Origin: an uncultured Holophagales bacterium
Lineage (GTDB): Bacteria; Acidobacteriota; Thermoanaerobaculia; Multivoradales; UBA5704
Direction: 5' to 3'
DNA: 64,000 nucleotides
Assembly (NCBI GenBank): GCA_963842525.1
Contig: CAWJGT010000003.1
Coordinates: forward strand, 1,216,001-1,280,000
The position numbers and the translations under genes were made by a program. Below are positions 50,580 to 61,468 of the stretch, piece after piece. Numbering within the stretch: position 1 is the first letter of the stretch; the number at the start of each line of letters is the position of its first letter. The notes below the pieces were generated by a model. The model saw only the letters and a list, made by a program, of their open reading frames with translations. It ran no database searches and was not told the origin of the DNA.

Positions 50580-51353
50580 ATGCAGACGGATCTGTTCGAC
50601 CTGTCGAATCGGGTGGCGATCGTCACAGGCTCGGGGCGCGGTCTGGGGCAGAAGCTCGCCGAGGGATTGGCCCAGCACGGCGCGCGCGTGGTGGTCTGCG
50701 ACCTGAACACGGAGAGGGCGAAGGCGACGGCGGACAGCATCTCAGCCGCGGGCGGCGAAGCGGTCTCCACTTACGTGGACGTCGCCGACCGGGAGAGCTG
50801 CGAGGCCCTGGTGCGCTTCGCCGTAGAGAAATACGGTCGCGTGGACGTGCTCGTGAACAATGCCGGTATCGACATCGTCGAGCCGATCGGGGAGATAACG
50901 GCCGAGGCGTGGGCGCGGGTGCTCGGCGTCGACCTGGCCGGCGTGCTCCACGCCTCGCAGAGCGTCGTCCGGCAGATGCTCCACCAGGGAGGCGGCGGCT
51001 CGATCATCAGCATCTCCTCGATCGCGGCCCTGGCCGCCATCCCGGGCCTGGGGGCCTACAGCGCTGCCAAGAGCGGAGTGATCCAGCTCACCCGTGTGAT
51101 GGCTCTGGAGCTCGCGCCCAAGGGCATCCGCGTCAATGCCATCGCGCCCGGCTACCTGGAGAACATCATGGAGGGCATGGGGCCCGAGCACGCCAAGCCC
51201 GAGACCGAGGAGCGGATCAGGACCCGCACCCCCATGGGCCGGCGCGCCAGGCTGTCGGAGCTGGTCGGCCCGGTGGTGTTCCTCGCCTCGGACGCCGCCT
51301 CCTATGTGACGGGCACAGTGCTGTCCGTCGACGGCGGATACACGGCCGCGTAG
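50580..51353 (+). CDS. SDR family oxidoreductase
   Basis: TGSGRGLG, NNAG, YSAAK, VDGG. Confidence 0.93.
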   Translation: MQTDLFDLSNRVAIVTGSGRGLGQKLAEGLAQHGARVVVCDLNTERAKATADSISAAGGEAVSTYVDVADRESCEALVRFAVEKYGRVDVLVNNAGIDIVEPIGEITAEAWARVLGVDLAGVLHASQSVVRQMLHQGGGGSIISISSIAALAAIPGLGAYSAAKSGVIQLTRVMALELAPKGIRVNAIAPGYLENIMEGMGPEHAKPETEERIRTRTPMGRRARLSELVGPVVFLASDAASYVTGTVLSVDGGYTAA

Positions 51354-51361
51354 TCCTTCGG

Positions 51362-52000
51362 CTACATCCTGCGAAGCAGATGCTCGCGCCAGGACTGTGG
51401 TAGCGCCTCGACCTGCGTGGCACGTTCCAGGAGGTCGCGGCCGATCGAGCCGTCGCGGTCGAGATAGAGGCTGACCACGTCGACCACAGTGACGCGGTGC
51501 GGGTCTTCGGCAATCCGCTCCATGGCATCGCCGGCGGCGACGGCCCCTTCCTGGAGGACGCGAAGGTAGAAGCCTGGACGGCCGCTCTCCAGGAAGCGGG
51601 GGATGACGTCGTCGCGGCCGAAGCGGATCCCCAGCTTGAAGCAGGGCATCCGCGGCTGGGTGACCACCACTTCGGCCGTGCCGATGCGGAATTGGTCGCC
51701 GATGTGGACCTCGTCCTCCCACCATCCCTCGCTGGTGAGGTTCTCGCCGAAGGCTCCCCAGGCGAGCTCGTGGCCGGGCAGCTCGCTGCGCCAGAAAGGG
51801 TAGTGCTCGGACGGGTAGACGTAGATCGCCTTGTCCGGTCCGCCGTGGACCGAGAGGTCGGCCTGGCGGTCTCCGTCCAGGTTGAGGCGCCGCATCTGGA
51901 CGCGTCCGGACACCGGTTCCTTGAAGATCCCGGTCATCACCCGGCGGCCGTTCCATTCCACCGGCCGCGGCTTGCCCACGTTCACGGAGATCACTTGCAC
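51362..52000 (-). CDS. MOSC domain protein (YiiM-like)
   Basis: HGGPDKA, FGENL, QPRMPCFKL, GFYLRV. Confidence 0.9.
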   Translation of the reverse strand: MQVISVNVGKPRPVEWNGRRVMTGIFKEPVSGRVQMRRLNLDGDRQADLSVHGGPDKAIYVYPSEHYPFWRSELPGHELAWGAFGENLTSEGWWEDEVHIGDQFRIGTAEVVVTQPRMPCFKLGIRFGRDDVIPRFLESGRPGFYLRVLQEGAVAAGDAMERIAEDPHRVTVVDVVSLYLDRDGSIGRDLLERATQVEALPQSWREHLLRRM

Positions 52001-52043
52001 GATCGTCCCTCCTCGCAGAAAGAGCGTATCAGCCCCAGATCTT

Positions 52044-52112
52044 CCCTCACGACATGAGGGGGCTTTACAGCCGCACTTCTCCCTTGTACTCTTCCCCTCA
52101 CGACGTGAGGGG
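52044..52112. promoter_or_regulatory. Two palindromic operators, probable PadR sites
   Basis: CCCTCACGACATGAGGG (52044-52060) and CCCCTCACGACGTGAGGGG (52094-52112) between divergent genes. Confidence 0.7.
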
Positions 52113-52118
52113 ATATCC

Positions 52119-52457
52119 ATGGCGAAGACTTCACTGGAGCTCATGCACGGGACCGTCGCGGTCCTGATCCTCAAGACCCTCTCCTGGGGGCCGATGCACG
52201 GCTACGACATCTCGCGGTCGATCCGCCAACGGAGCGATGGCGCCCTGGGGCTGGAGGACGCCGCTCTCTACCAGGCCCTCCATCGGCTGGAGCGCAAGGG
52301 GTGGATCGCGGCGGAATGGGGCCTGTCGGAGAACAACCGGCGGGCCAAGTTCTACCGGCTGACCGAGGAGGGACGGCGCCAGCTCCAGGCCGAGCTGTCG
52401 AGCTGGCAGGAGTACGTCCAGGCCGTGTCCAAGGTCCTGGACCTGGAGATGGCTTGA
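52119..52457 (+). CDS. PadR family regulator (acidobacterial type)
   Basis: [33 protein letters not shown]. Confidence 0.93.
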   Translation: MAKTSLELMHGTVAVLILKTLSWGPMHGYDISRSIRQRSDGALGLEDAALYQALHRLERKGWIAAEWGLSENNRRAKFYRLTEEGRRQLQAELSSWQEYVQAVSKVLDLEMA

Positions 52458-55135
52458 ACGTCCCACGCCGCAGACCGGGCCGGCGCCTCTTCCGGTTTCC
52501 CTGGCGAACGGCCGCCCAGGTGGCGGCGGACGTGGACGAGGAGCTGCAGCTCCATCTCGACCTCGTCGCCCAGGAGCTGGTGGAGGAGGGCTGGCTTCCC
52601 GAGGCTGCGCGGGTCGAAGCGCACCGCCGGTTCGGGGATCTCGACGGAACACGGAAGTACTGCTGCGCTCTCGACAGGAGCAAGGAGAGACAGATGAGGT
52701 GGAAGCAGATGCTCGAGGCGTTCGGACAGGATTTCCGGTTCGCCGGCCGGCAGCTCGCCAAGAGCCCCGGCTTTACCCTGATCGTCGTCCTGACGCTCGC
52801 TCTCGCGGTGGGGGCCACGACGTCGATCTTCAGCGTGGTCCATGGGGTGCTGCTCCAGCCGCTCCCCTTCGCGGAGCCTGACCGCCTGGCCCGCGTCTTT
52901 CCGGTCGAGGAAGGGGAGAAAGGCTCGTTTTCCGCGCCGAACTTCCTGGACTGGAGCAAGGCGAGCCGGACGGTTTCGGCAGCCGCGGCATACACCTCCT
53001 CCAGCCTCAATCTTTCCGGCGACAGCGGAGAGCCGGAGCGGCTGGAGGCCATGCAGGTGGGCTCCCGCTTCTTCTCGATCCTCGGAGTCCGCCCGGTCGC
53101 GGGCCGCTGGTTCTCGGCAAATGAGGATCAAGAGGGCGCCGCGAAAGTGGCGGTGATCTCGGAGGAGCTTTGGCGGCGGCGTTTCGGAGGGGACGCCGGG
53201 GTCATCGGAAAGTCCATCAACCTGGACAATGAGCCGTACACGGTGGTGGGCATCGTGGCGCGCGAAGACCAGTACCTCGCCGGTGCGGACGTCTGGATCC
53301 CGCTCGTTTTCCCGGAGTGGGCGCTCTCGAGCCGCGGTGGCGTCTGGCTCTCCGCCATCGCGCGGCTCGCACCGGGAGTGACGCTGGAGCAGGCGCAGTT
53401 GGAGGCGAAGACCATTGCGGCGCGGCTGGAGAAGCAGTACCCCGATTCGAACACGGGCCAGAGCATGAGCTTGTCGCCGCTTCAGGAGCAGATGGTGGGT
53501 GACGTACGCACGCCTCTCCTGGTCCTGATGGGCGCCGTGGCCTCCGTCCTTCTGATCGCCTGCGTCAACGTGGCGAACCTGCTGCTCGTCCGCGCCTCCT
53601 CACGCGAGGGAGAGGTCGCCATCCGCACAGCGCTGGGCGCGGGACGCGGGCGGATCGTCCGCCAGCTTCTGACCGAAAGCCTCGTGCTCGCCTTGGTCGG
53701 CGGCGCGGCCGGTGTAGGGCTGGCCGTCTGGCTGACGCGAGGGCTCGTGTCCCTGGCGCCGCAGGAGACCCCCAGGCTCGAGGAGGTGGGGCTCGACGCT
53801 TCAGTGCTCTTCTTCGCCCTGGGGATCACCCTGGTTACCGGGCTCCTGTTCGGGCTCGCGCCGGCTTTTCAGGCGTCCCGGCCGGACCTGACGGTGGCGC
53901 TCAAGGAAGTGGCGCGCGGCTCGCGCGGCCATGCCGCCACCCGGGCGCGCAACGTGCTGGTCGTCGCGGAGATCGCGCTGGCGGTGGTGCTCCTGGCCGG
54001 CGCGGGGCTCCTCCTGCGCAGCTTCGCCCGATTGCAGGAGGTGGAGCTCGGCTTCCAGCCGGACAAGGTCGTCACCTTCAACCTGTCCCTCCCTTCATCC
54101 CAGTTTGGCGAGGACGACGGCCCGCGGCTGCGTGCCTTCGCCGTCTCCTTGCAAGAGAGGATGCGGCAACTGCCCGGGGTGACCTCGGCGGGAGTCGCTG
54201 CCTACGCCATGCCGCTTGGCGACATGACTTTCAGTCTCTCGTTCGACGTCGAAGGGCGTTCGCCCAAGCCGCCCGGTGAGAAGGATTCCATGCGGATCGG
54301 CTTTGTCGCGCCGGACTTCCTGCGGACCCTGGGAGTTCCGGTCCTCCGCGGACGCGGCCTGACGGAGCACGACCGTGAGGGAGCTCCGCAGGTGGTGCTC
54401 CTCAACGAGACGGCGGCGCGCCGCTTCTTCCCCGGCGAGGATCCGCTGGGGAAGCGGATCCTCCTCGGCTGGAGCGAGGATGGCGTGCCCAAGGGCGGCG
54501 AGGTCGTCGGCATCGTGGGTGATTTCAAGCAGCGCGCGCTGGATCGCGAAGTGGATCCCGAGCTGTTCCTGCCCTTTCTTCAGAACCCCATGGACACCCT
54601 GGCCATCGTGATGCGCACGACCGCCGATCCGGCTGCCGTGGCCGGCGCAGCGCGGGCCGCCGTCCGGCAGATCGACCCCACCCTCCCTCTGTACGATCTC
54701 CAAACCCTTGAGGACGTGGTCGCGGCCTCGGCCTCCCAGCCGAAGTTCTACCTGCTCCTGCTCGGCGGATTCGCGGCCATCGCGTTGGTACTGGCCGCCG
54801 TCGGCATCTACGGTGTCATCGCCTATAGTGTCCGCCAGAGGACGCAGGAGATCGGCATCCGCATGGCTCTCGGCGCCACGCGCCGCCGGGTGTTGCAGAT
54901 GGTGGTCCGGCAGGGCCTGGTCCTGGCGCTCGTCGGCGCCGTAGCGGGCCTCGCAGGAGCCCTCTTCGCCACGCGCGGAATGCGCAGCCTCCTCTACCAG
55001 GTGAGCGCCAGCGATCCGCCGGTCTATGGCGCTGTGGCCGTCGTGCTCGTCCTGGTGGCCGCCCTCGCCTCCTACCTGCCGGCGCGCCGGGCCGCCCGGA
55101 CCGAGCCGCAGCTTGCGTTGCGGGGGGAGGTGTAG
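52454..55135 (+). CDS. ADOP-type duplicated ABC permease (MacB-PCD/FtsX x2)
   Basis: TTGA overlap; [32 protein letters not shown]. Confidence 0.93.
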   Translation: MNVPRRRPGRRLFRFPWRTAAQVAADVDEELQLHLDLVAQELVEEGWLPEAARVEAHRRFGDLDGTRKYCCALDRSKERQMRWKQMLEAFGQDFRFAGRQLAKSPGFTLIVVLTLALAVGATTSIFSVVHGVLLQPLPFAEPDRLARVFPVEEGEKGSFSAPNFLDWSKASRTVSAAAAYTSSSLNLSGDSGEPERLEAMQVGSRFFSILGVRPVAGRWFSANEDQEGAAKVAVISEELWRRRFGGDAGVIGKSINLDNEPYTVVGIVAREDQYLAGADVWIPLVFPEWALSSRGGVWLSAIARLAPGVTLEQAQLEAKTIAARLEKQYPDSNTGQSMSLSPLQEQMVGDVRTPLLVLMGAVASVLLIACVNVANLLLVRASSREGEVAIRTALGAGRGRIVRQLLTESLVLALVGGAAGVGLAVWLTRGLVSLAPQETPRLEEVGLDASVLFFALGITLVTGLLFGLAPAFQASRPDLTVALKEVARGSRGHAATRARNVLVVAEIALAVVLLAGAGLLLRSFARLQEVELGFQPDKVVTFNLSLPSSQFGEDDGPRLRAFAVSLQERMRQLPGVTSAGVAAYAMPLGDMTFSLSFDVEGRSPKPPGEKDSMRIGFVAPDFLRTLGVPVLRGRGLTEHDREGAPQVVLLNETAARRFFPGEDPLGKRILLGWSEDGVPKGGEVVGIVGDFKQRALDREVDPELFLPFLQNPMDTLAIVMRTTADPAAVAGAARAAVRQIDPTLPLYDLQTLEDVVAASASQPKFYLLLLGGFAAIALVLAAVGIYGVIAYSVRQRTQEIGIRMALGATRRRVLQMVVRQGLVLALVGAVAGLAGALFATRGMRSLLYQVSASDPPVYGAVAVVLVLVAALASYLPARRAARTEPQLALRGEV

Positions 55136-55197
55136 CCGGCAAGGCCCTGAAACACGAACACCTGTAAAATCGTAGTCTCTCCCGAAAGGAGACTGCG

Positions 55198-55506
55198 ATG
55201 TCCGAGCCGATCTACCCTCAGTTGCCTCCTCCTCTGATGCCGCCGCAGCCGCAGCTCCAGGACGCGAGTGGCAAGAAGATCGCAGCCGGAATCTGTGGCA
55301 TCCTGCTGGGCGGTTTCGGAGTCCACAAGTTCATCCTGGGGATGGCCACGCCGGGCGTCATCATGCTGCTGGTCACGGTCCTCTCCTGCGGCATCGCCTA
55401 TCCGGTGATGCACGTCATTGGCCTCATCGAGGGCATCCTCTACCTGACGAAGAACGACGTGGAGTTCTACCAGGCCTACATCGTCGGTCAGAAGGAGTGG
55501 TTCTGA
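55198..55506 (+). CDS. TM2 domain membrane protein
   Basis: KKIAAGICGILLGGFGVHKFILG. Confidence 0.88.
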   Translation: MSEPIYPQLPPPLMPPQPQLQDASGKKIAAGICGILLGGFGVHKFILGMATPGVIMLLVTVLSCGIAYPVMHVIGLIEGILYLTKNDVEFYQAYIVGQKEWF

Positions 55507-55516
55507 GGAGCGCCGC

Positions 55517-55969
55517 TCAATCCCGTTTCCAGATCTGATTGCGCCGCTCGGGGTTGGAAAGGACTTCGTGGACGAAGAGCCCGAAGTCCCGGTCCTCCTC
55601 GCCGGTGAAGAGGACCACGTCCGACGGGACGTAGGGCGGCAGCTCGCTCTCCGGGTAGGAGATCGCCAGGACGGCCTCGCCGCTGCGCAGGAGCGTCAGC
55701 GTGCGCCGGCCGTCCCGCGCGACGTGGCGCGAGCCGACGTCCTCCGTCACGTCGATCAGGCGGTTTCCGGTGCGCAGGTAGAGGATGCCCTCGCGCCGGA
55801 AGAACAGGACGAGCTCGCCGCCGAGCTCCTCGAACAGGCCCGAGAGCCAGCGAAAGGTCGAGTCGACCGGGTGCTCGGCCCTTGTCGTGCGGACGGGCTC
55901 GGCGTCCTCTGAATCCAGGAGGATCAGCTCGGCGGACTGGGAGTGGTGCTGAAGGATGAGGGGGGACAT
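55517..55969 (-). CDS. Hypothetical protein
   Basis: 150-aa ORF with plausible composition, convergent with the TM2 gene. Confidence 0.6.
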   Translation of the reverse strand: MSPLILQHHSQSAELILLDSEDAEPVRTTRAEHPVDSTFRWLSGLFEELGGELVLFFRREGILYLRTGNRLIDVTEDVGSRHVARDGRRTLTLLRSGEAVLAISYPESELPPYVPSDVVLFTGEEDRDFGLFVHEVLSNPERRNQIWKRD

Positions 55970-56025
55970 GGCTCTATTTTATCCGGTCTCCGCGAGCCCC
56001 TCGAGATGTCCGCGAATGCGGCCGA

Positions 56026-56296
56026 TTCATGAAGAACGAGGGCCGATTCACGGGAAACGGCTTCGCGGTCACGGCGAATCGGGCCCGTTCACGGCGAATC
56101 GGGCCGAGATCATGACGAACCGCGGCCGGATCACCGCGATGAGGGGCGGTTCACCGTGAATCGGCCCGCGTTCACGGCAAACCAGGGCCAGTTCACCATG
56201 AATCGGCCCGCGTTCACGGCAAACCAGGGCCAGTTCACCATGAATCGCCCCGCGTTCGTGGCAAACCAGAGCCGGTTCACCGTGAATCGGAGCCGG
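56026..56296. repeat. Array of 13 degenerate 20/21-bp units with a TTCAC-N3/4-GAA core
   Basis: e.g. TTCACCATGAATCGGCCCGCG and TTCACGGCAAACCAGGGCCAG alternating. Confidence 0.9.
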
Positions 56297-58021
56297 TCAG
56301 GACCCCGCCTCCGCCGGAGCCTCCTTCTTCTCGGCCCGCACCTGGCCCCGGATGGCGTCGAGGTCGAGGTCGACGATCGGCTCGCCGGCCAGGGCGGCGG
56401 CGAGCTTGGTGTCGTGGCCGTAGACGTCGCGGCGGAGCTGAACGGTGCCGTCCTCGTCCACCCAGGCGGTGAAGTAGAGGATGTGGACCGGCAGCGGCTT
56501 CGGCAGGGTGATGCTCCGGGTCTCCCCGGAGGCGATGGCCTCCTGGATCTTCTCCGGCGTCCAGTCCTTATCCCCCTGCAAGAGATAGCGCGCCAGGTCG
56601 AGCGGCCTCTCCAGGCGGATGCAACCGTGGCTGAAGTCGCGCTCCTCCTGCTTGAAGAGGTGGTCCGCCGGCGTGTCGTGCAGGTAGATGTCGAACTCGT
56701 TGGGGAACATGAACTTCACCTGGCCCAGAGGGTTGTCCGGTCCCGGGCGCTGCCGCAGCCGTGTAGTGCCGTCCGCCTCGACCACCTCCATGTTGTGACG
56801 GGCCAGGTAGCCCGGATCGCTGGCGAGCTTCGGCGTGATCTCCTCGGCTGCGATCCCCGCCGGGATGTTCCAGGCCGGGTTGAGCTCGACGTAAGTCATC
56901 TTGTCGCTGAAGACCGGCGTGCGGCTCTGCTGCGCCTTGCCCACGACCACCCGCATCTCCAGGGCCGTCCGGCCCTGATCCACGACCTGCATCGCGAACT
57001 CGGGGATGTTGACCTGGATATGGCGGTCGCCCAGGGTGGCCGGCATCCAGCGCCTGCGTTCCAGGTTGACCGCGATCTGGCGGATGCGGTGCTCGACCGG
57101 CACGTTGAGCTCGGCCAGGGTGTCGGCCTCCACGCTGCCGGTGGGATCTAGGCCGTGCCGCTTCTGGAAGCGGGCCAGGGCGGCAGCCAGGGCCTGGTCG
57201 AAGACCATCTCCTGGGGTGACTGTCCATTTGCGCCATTGGGGGTCGCCGTGCCTGGCAGGTCGCCCTCGGCCCGCAGCCGGACGCGCAGGACCCGGACCG
57301 CCTCCCCTTTCGAGCCCTTCTTCAGCTTGGCTTCCGGTACGGCCGGCCAGCCGCCTTTCGCGGCGATCTGCCGGTAGCGGTCCAGGGCATCACGCAGCCG
57401 CGCATAGTCCTCCCCTGACGGTACGTAGCTGTGCAGCACCTCGCTGACCGTCCCTTTCTCGGACAGGGCCTTTTCGAGCCGCATGTCGAGGTCGACGCTG
57501 CGCGGCTTGGTGTACCAGTCGATGCGCAGAGTCTCAGGCTGCTGGCGGCCGGTGGCCAGGTGAACGCCCATGGTGAGGAAGGTGTAGGTCAGGCTCATGT
57601 CGGCGTGGGCCAGGTAGCGCTGGGCCGCCGGATCCTCGAAGGAAGGGTTTTCGCCGATCTGGAGCACCATGCCCGCGAGCTTGTCCTTGCGGTAGCGCCG
57701 CGGATCGAGCCCCTCCCGGGCCATCCCGTCGATGGCGGCGAGAAGCTCTTCGGCCTGCGGCTTGGGGCCTTTGGCCGTGAACCAGGCGGGCTGGAACTGC
57801 CGCTTCTGATAGAAGCGGCGCATCTCCTCCCAGGCGCGGACCCGCTCCTTCTGCTCCTTCAGGGAGGCAGGGAGGGTCTTCACCTCCACGGTGGACTGGA
57901 TCATCTGGGCGACTTCCGGGGGGATCTCCCGCTCGCGGCAGCCCGCGGCGAGGAGGAACGCCGCAGCGCAAAGCGCAGGGGCGATATGGATCGACAGGGA
58001 TCGGACGATTCTCGGTCTCAT
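56297..58021 (-). CDS. L,D-transpeptidase (YcbB/LdtD-like) lipoprotein with PG-binding domain
   Basis: LAAGC lipobox, FQKRHGL, IYLHDTP, SHGCIRL. Confidence 0.92.
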   Translation of the reverse strand: MRPRIVRSLSIHIAPALCAAAFLLAAGCREREIPPEVAQMIQSTVEVKTLPASLKEQKERVRAWEEMRRFYQKRQFQPAWFTAKGPKPQAEELLAAIDGMAREGLDPRRYRKDKLAGMVLQIGENPSFEDPAAQRYLAHADMSLTYTFLTMGVHLATGRQQPETLRIDWYTKPRSVDLDMRLEKALSEKGTVSEVLHSYVPSGEDYARLRDALDRYRQIAAKGGWPAVPEAKLKKGSKGEAVRVLRVRLRAEGDLPGTATPNGANGQSPQEMVFDQALAAALARFQKRHGLDPTGSVEADTLAELNVPVEHRIRQIAVNLERRRWMPATLGDRHIQVNIPEFAMQVVDQGRTALEMRVVVGKAQQSRTPVFSDKMTYVELNPAWNIPAGIAAEEITPKLASDPGYLARHNMEVVEADGTTRLRQRPGPDNPLGQVKFMFPNEFDIYLHDTPADHLFKQEERDFSHGCIRLERPLDLARYLLQGDKDWTPEKIQEAIASGETRSITLPKPLPVHILYFTAWVDEDGTVQLRRDVYGHDTKLAAALAGEPIVDLDLDAIRGQVRAEKKEAPAEAGS

Positions 58022-58053
58022 GCCGGACGGGTAATGCGAAGGTTGGGCCAGGG

Positions 58054-58176
58054 TAAGCCCTTACCCAGGGTTCACACCCTGGGCTACCGAATGTCGCCCC
58101 TCCGGGCTCTGGAAAAGCCGAGGATTTGAGAGCCCGGAGGGCGGAACTGGGTAGCCCCGGGTGTCAACCCGGGTGA
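58054..58176. repeat. REP-like hairpin cluster
   Basis: CCCAGGG-TTCACA-CCCTGGG, GTCGCCCCTCCGGGCT...AGCCCGGAGGGCG, CCCGGG-TGTCAA-CCCGGG. Confidence 0.65.
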
Positions 58177-58191
58177 GCGGGGCGGTGAGCG

Positions 58192-60454
58192 CTATTTCAT
58201 CCCCACGGCCTTCTTCATGGCCGCGGTGATGGACTGGCGGACCTGGTAGAACCGCTCCCAGGGGTCGGCGTCCAGGTTTTCCAGGCGCTCGGGGAGATTC
58301 TGGACGGTGTAGGTGTCGGCGCGGACGTCGGTGTCGAGCTCTTCCCAGAAGAGTGGGGTCGAGACCGGAGCGTTGGCGCGGGCGCGGGTGGAGTAGGCGC
58401 AGATCGAGGTGGCGCCGCGGCCGTTGCGCAGGTAGTCGATGTAGATCTTTCCCTTGCGGCTGGCCTTGGGGAGCTTCGCCGTATAGCGCGCCGGGTCCAG
58501 GGTGACCATGGCCTCGGACACCGCCTTGGTGAAGGCTTTGACCTCGTCCCACCCGGCGCGGCGCACGAGCGGCAGGCAGACGTGGAGCCCCTTGCCGCCG
58601 GTGGTCTTGAGGAAGCTCTGCAGCCCCAGCTCTTCGAGGAGCCGGCGCATGAGCTTGGCACCTTCGACGACCCGCTCCCAGGCGAGACCCTCGTCCGGGT
58701 CGAGGTCGAAGACCACGTAGTCGGGCTTTTCGACGTTGTCGCGGCGCGAGCCCCAGATGTGGATCTCGAGCGCGCTGTTCTGCACCAGGGAGAGGAGCCC
58801 CTCGATCGAATTGACCGCGCCGTAGGGGACCGTCTTGTCCTCCTCGTCGACCTGTACCCGCAGGACGGTCTTCGGGAACTGCTCGGTCACGTGCTTTTGA
58901 TAGAAGCACTGCTTCTGCCGGCCCTCGGGGCAGCGGACCAGGGTCAGCGGCCGGTCCTTCACATGCGGGAGCATCCACTCGGCGATGCGCTCGTAGTAGA
59001 TCATCAGGTCGCGCTTGGTGAGGCCCTGCTCCGGGTAGAGGACCCTCTCCGGACTGGTCAGCTTGACCCCCGAGAATTCGGTCGCCTTGGCCGCATCCTT
59101 GGAAACCTTTTTCACGGTCTTTGCCTCGCGTGGGGGTTCCTGGGGCTCCTCGCGGACCACGTCTGCCGCCGGCTTGTCCTCGAATTCCTGCCGCTTCGGG
59201 CATTTGATCTTGAGCCAGTCCTTGTTGCGGCCGGAGTGGTAGGGACGGTCGGACCGCTTCGCGATCACCCCTTCCAGCGCGAGGTTGCAGGCCTGGCGGT
59301 AGAAGCCCTCCCCCTGCCCCTGGACGTGATCGCTGATGCGGACCGCCGCCGAGGAGGAGGCGGCGAGGAGCCGCGACAGAGCCTCCTTGCGGTCGAGGAG
59401 CTGCGCCGGCCGGAGGTCGTATCCGTCGAGGTAGAGGAGGTCGAAGGCGAAGTAGACCAGGTCGCGGTCGCGGTTGACCGTGAGGGCGTTCTGGAGCGCC
59501 TGGAAGCTGGTCCTGCCGTCCGGCTCCAGGACCACGACCTCGCCGTCGAGCAGGGCCTCCTTGACTGGCAGCGCGGCCACGGCTTCGGCGATCGGGGAGA
59601 ACCGGTCGGTCCAGTCCTTGCCGTTGCGGGTCCAGATCTTTGTCTTGCCGTCGCGCACCGCGCAGAGCACGCGATAGCCGTCGAGCTTGAGCTCGTGGAT
59701 CCACTCGTCGCCCTGCGGCGGCTCGTCGACCAGGGTCGCGAGCTGCGGCTCGACGGCACCCGGGAGCTTCGCCTTGCGGGCGCCCGGGATCTCCTTCGGG
59801 TCGACGGCGGAGGCCGTGGTTTTCGCGGCCTTTTTCAGGGGTGGCCCCCTTCTTTTCTTTTCGATCCGACTCCCACACGCGGTCGGGGTCGGCGGCGATC
59901 TCTTCGAGGGTGCGGCCGGTGGCCACGCTCTCGGGGTACTCCTGGACGACGGCGTCGCCGCTGCCGGGGACGGCGGCTTCGTCGTTCTCCTTGATGAGGA
60001 GCCAGTTCTCCTTGTCATCTCCCCCGTTGCGGCCGTGCAGCCGCACCAGGTTCCAGCCGCCGTGGAGCTTGTCGCCTTCGAGATGGAACTTGAGGTGGCC
60101 CTTGCGGTAGCCCGCCTTCGGGTCGCCTTCGGGGGTCCAGGTGCCGCGGTCCCAGAGGAGGACCGTGCCGCCGCCGTACTGCCCCTTGGGGATGATCCCT
60201 TCGAAGTCGCCGTAGTCGAAGGGGTGGTCCTCGACGTGGACCGCCAGCCGCTTCTCGCCGGGGTCGAGGCTGGGCCCCTTGGGGACCGCCCAGCTCAGCA
60301 GCACGCCTTCCAGCTCCAGGCGGAAGTCGTAGTGCAGCCGGGTGGCGGCGTGCTTCTGGATGACGTACGAGCTCCCGCTCCGTTTTTTGACCCTGCCCGC
60401 GGGCTCGGGAGTCTTACGGAAGTCGCGCTTGCGCTTGTATTCCTGGAGGCCCAT
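58192..60454 (-). CDS. ligD: DNA ligase D (PE-ligase-polymerase); frameshift ~59860; ligase OB domain apparently missing
   Basis: QKHAATRLHYDFRLE (PE), ELKLDGYR (ligase), FDLDP and KTTGGKGLH (Pol). Confidence 0.9.
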
Positions 60455-60463
60455 GGCACCGGA

Positions 60464-61390
60464 TCAGGCGGTCTTCCGTTTGCGCGCGGTGCTCTTCTTG
60501 GCCGCGCTCTTCTTGGCGGCGGTCTTCCGCGTGGCTTGATGCGCCGTCTTCTTGGCCGCCGGCTTTTTGCCGTGCTTCGTCCCCGAGCGGCGTCCGCCGT
60601 CTTCGACGCTCTGCTTGAGGAGCGCCATGAGGTCCACCACGTTGCTGCGGGCGGCCGGCCGCTTCTCCTCTTCGGGCGGCTCGGGCGACTCTTCGAGCTG
60701 GCCGGCCTTGACGCGCTCCTTGATCATGCCCCGGAGGTCTTTGTCGTAGGTGTCCTTGTAGCGCTCGGGGTCCCAGCCGGTGACCATCCCCTCGACGAGC
60801 CGCTCCGCCATCTGGATCTCCCTGTCGCTCACCCCCTGCATGCCCCGGGGGACACTCAGGTCCTTGGCGTCGCGCAGCTCGTGGGGATAGCGCAGGATCT
60901 CCAGCACGATCACGTCGTCCCGGGCCATCACCGCGGCAAGGCGCTCCTTGGTGCGGATCACCACCTTGGCGATCCCCACCTTGCGGGCGCGGCGCAGGGT
61001 CTCCCGCAGCAGAGCATAGCCCTTCTCGCCCCGTTTGTCAGGGGCCAGGTAGTACGGCTTCTCGTAGAAGACGGGGTCGATCTCGTCGAGCTCGACGAAG
61101 TCCTGGATGTCCACGGTCTGGGTCTTCTCGGGGCTGGCGCGCTTCAGGTCTTCGTCGGAGAGGACCACGTACTGGCCCTCCTTGAATTCGTAGCCGCGGA
61201 CGGTGTCGTCCCAGGGGACCTCGCGGTTGGTCTGCTCGTTGACCCGCTTGTAGCGGACGCGGGCCATGTTGCGCTTGTCGAGCAGGTGGAACGAGATCTC
61301 CTCCGTGCTGCCCTTCTCGGCCGCGTAGAGGCCGACCGGGATGTTGACGAGGCCGAATGTGATGCTTCCTTTCCAGATTGCGCGCGCCAT
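60464..61390 (-). CDS. ku: Non-homologous end-joining protein Ku
   Basis: MARAIWKGSITFGLVNIPV, EKPYYLAP, NVVDLMALLKQS, basic tail. Confidence 0.95.
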   Translation of the reverse strand: MARAIWKGSITFGLVNIPVGLYAAEKGSTEEISFHLLDKRNMARVRYKRVNEQTNREVPWDDTVRGYEFKEGQYVVLSDEDLKRASPEKTQTVDIQDFVELDEIDPVFYEKPYYLAPDKRGEKGYALLRETLRRARKVGIAKVVIRTKERLAAVMARDDVIVLEILRYPHELRDAKDLSVPRGMQGVSDREIQMAERLVEGMVTGWDPERYKDTYDKDLRGMIKERVKAGQLEESPEPPEEEKRPAARSNVVDLMALLKQSVEDGGRRSGTKHGKKPAAKKTAHQATRKTAAKKSAAKKSTARKRKTA

Positions 61391-61468
61391 GAGGGGACTC
61401 CTCCCGTTGCACAGGACGACGGCAACGCAAAATACATGCCTCCTCACCTCCCGATGTAGGATCAGGAC

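Noticed and set aside
56026-56296. CRISPR array or coding heptad repeat (ORF 56156-57151)
   Set aside because: No spacers; 20-bp units break the frame; the ORF is mostly antisense to the L,D-transpeptidase.
10019-60454. Programmed frameshifting in NAD kinase, spermidine synthase-like, cyclase, ligD and other genes
   Set aside because: Breaks are scattered across unrelated genes, some compensate each other, and there are no consistent slippery sites; long-read indel errors are more likely.
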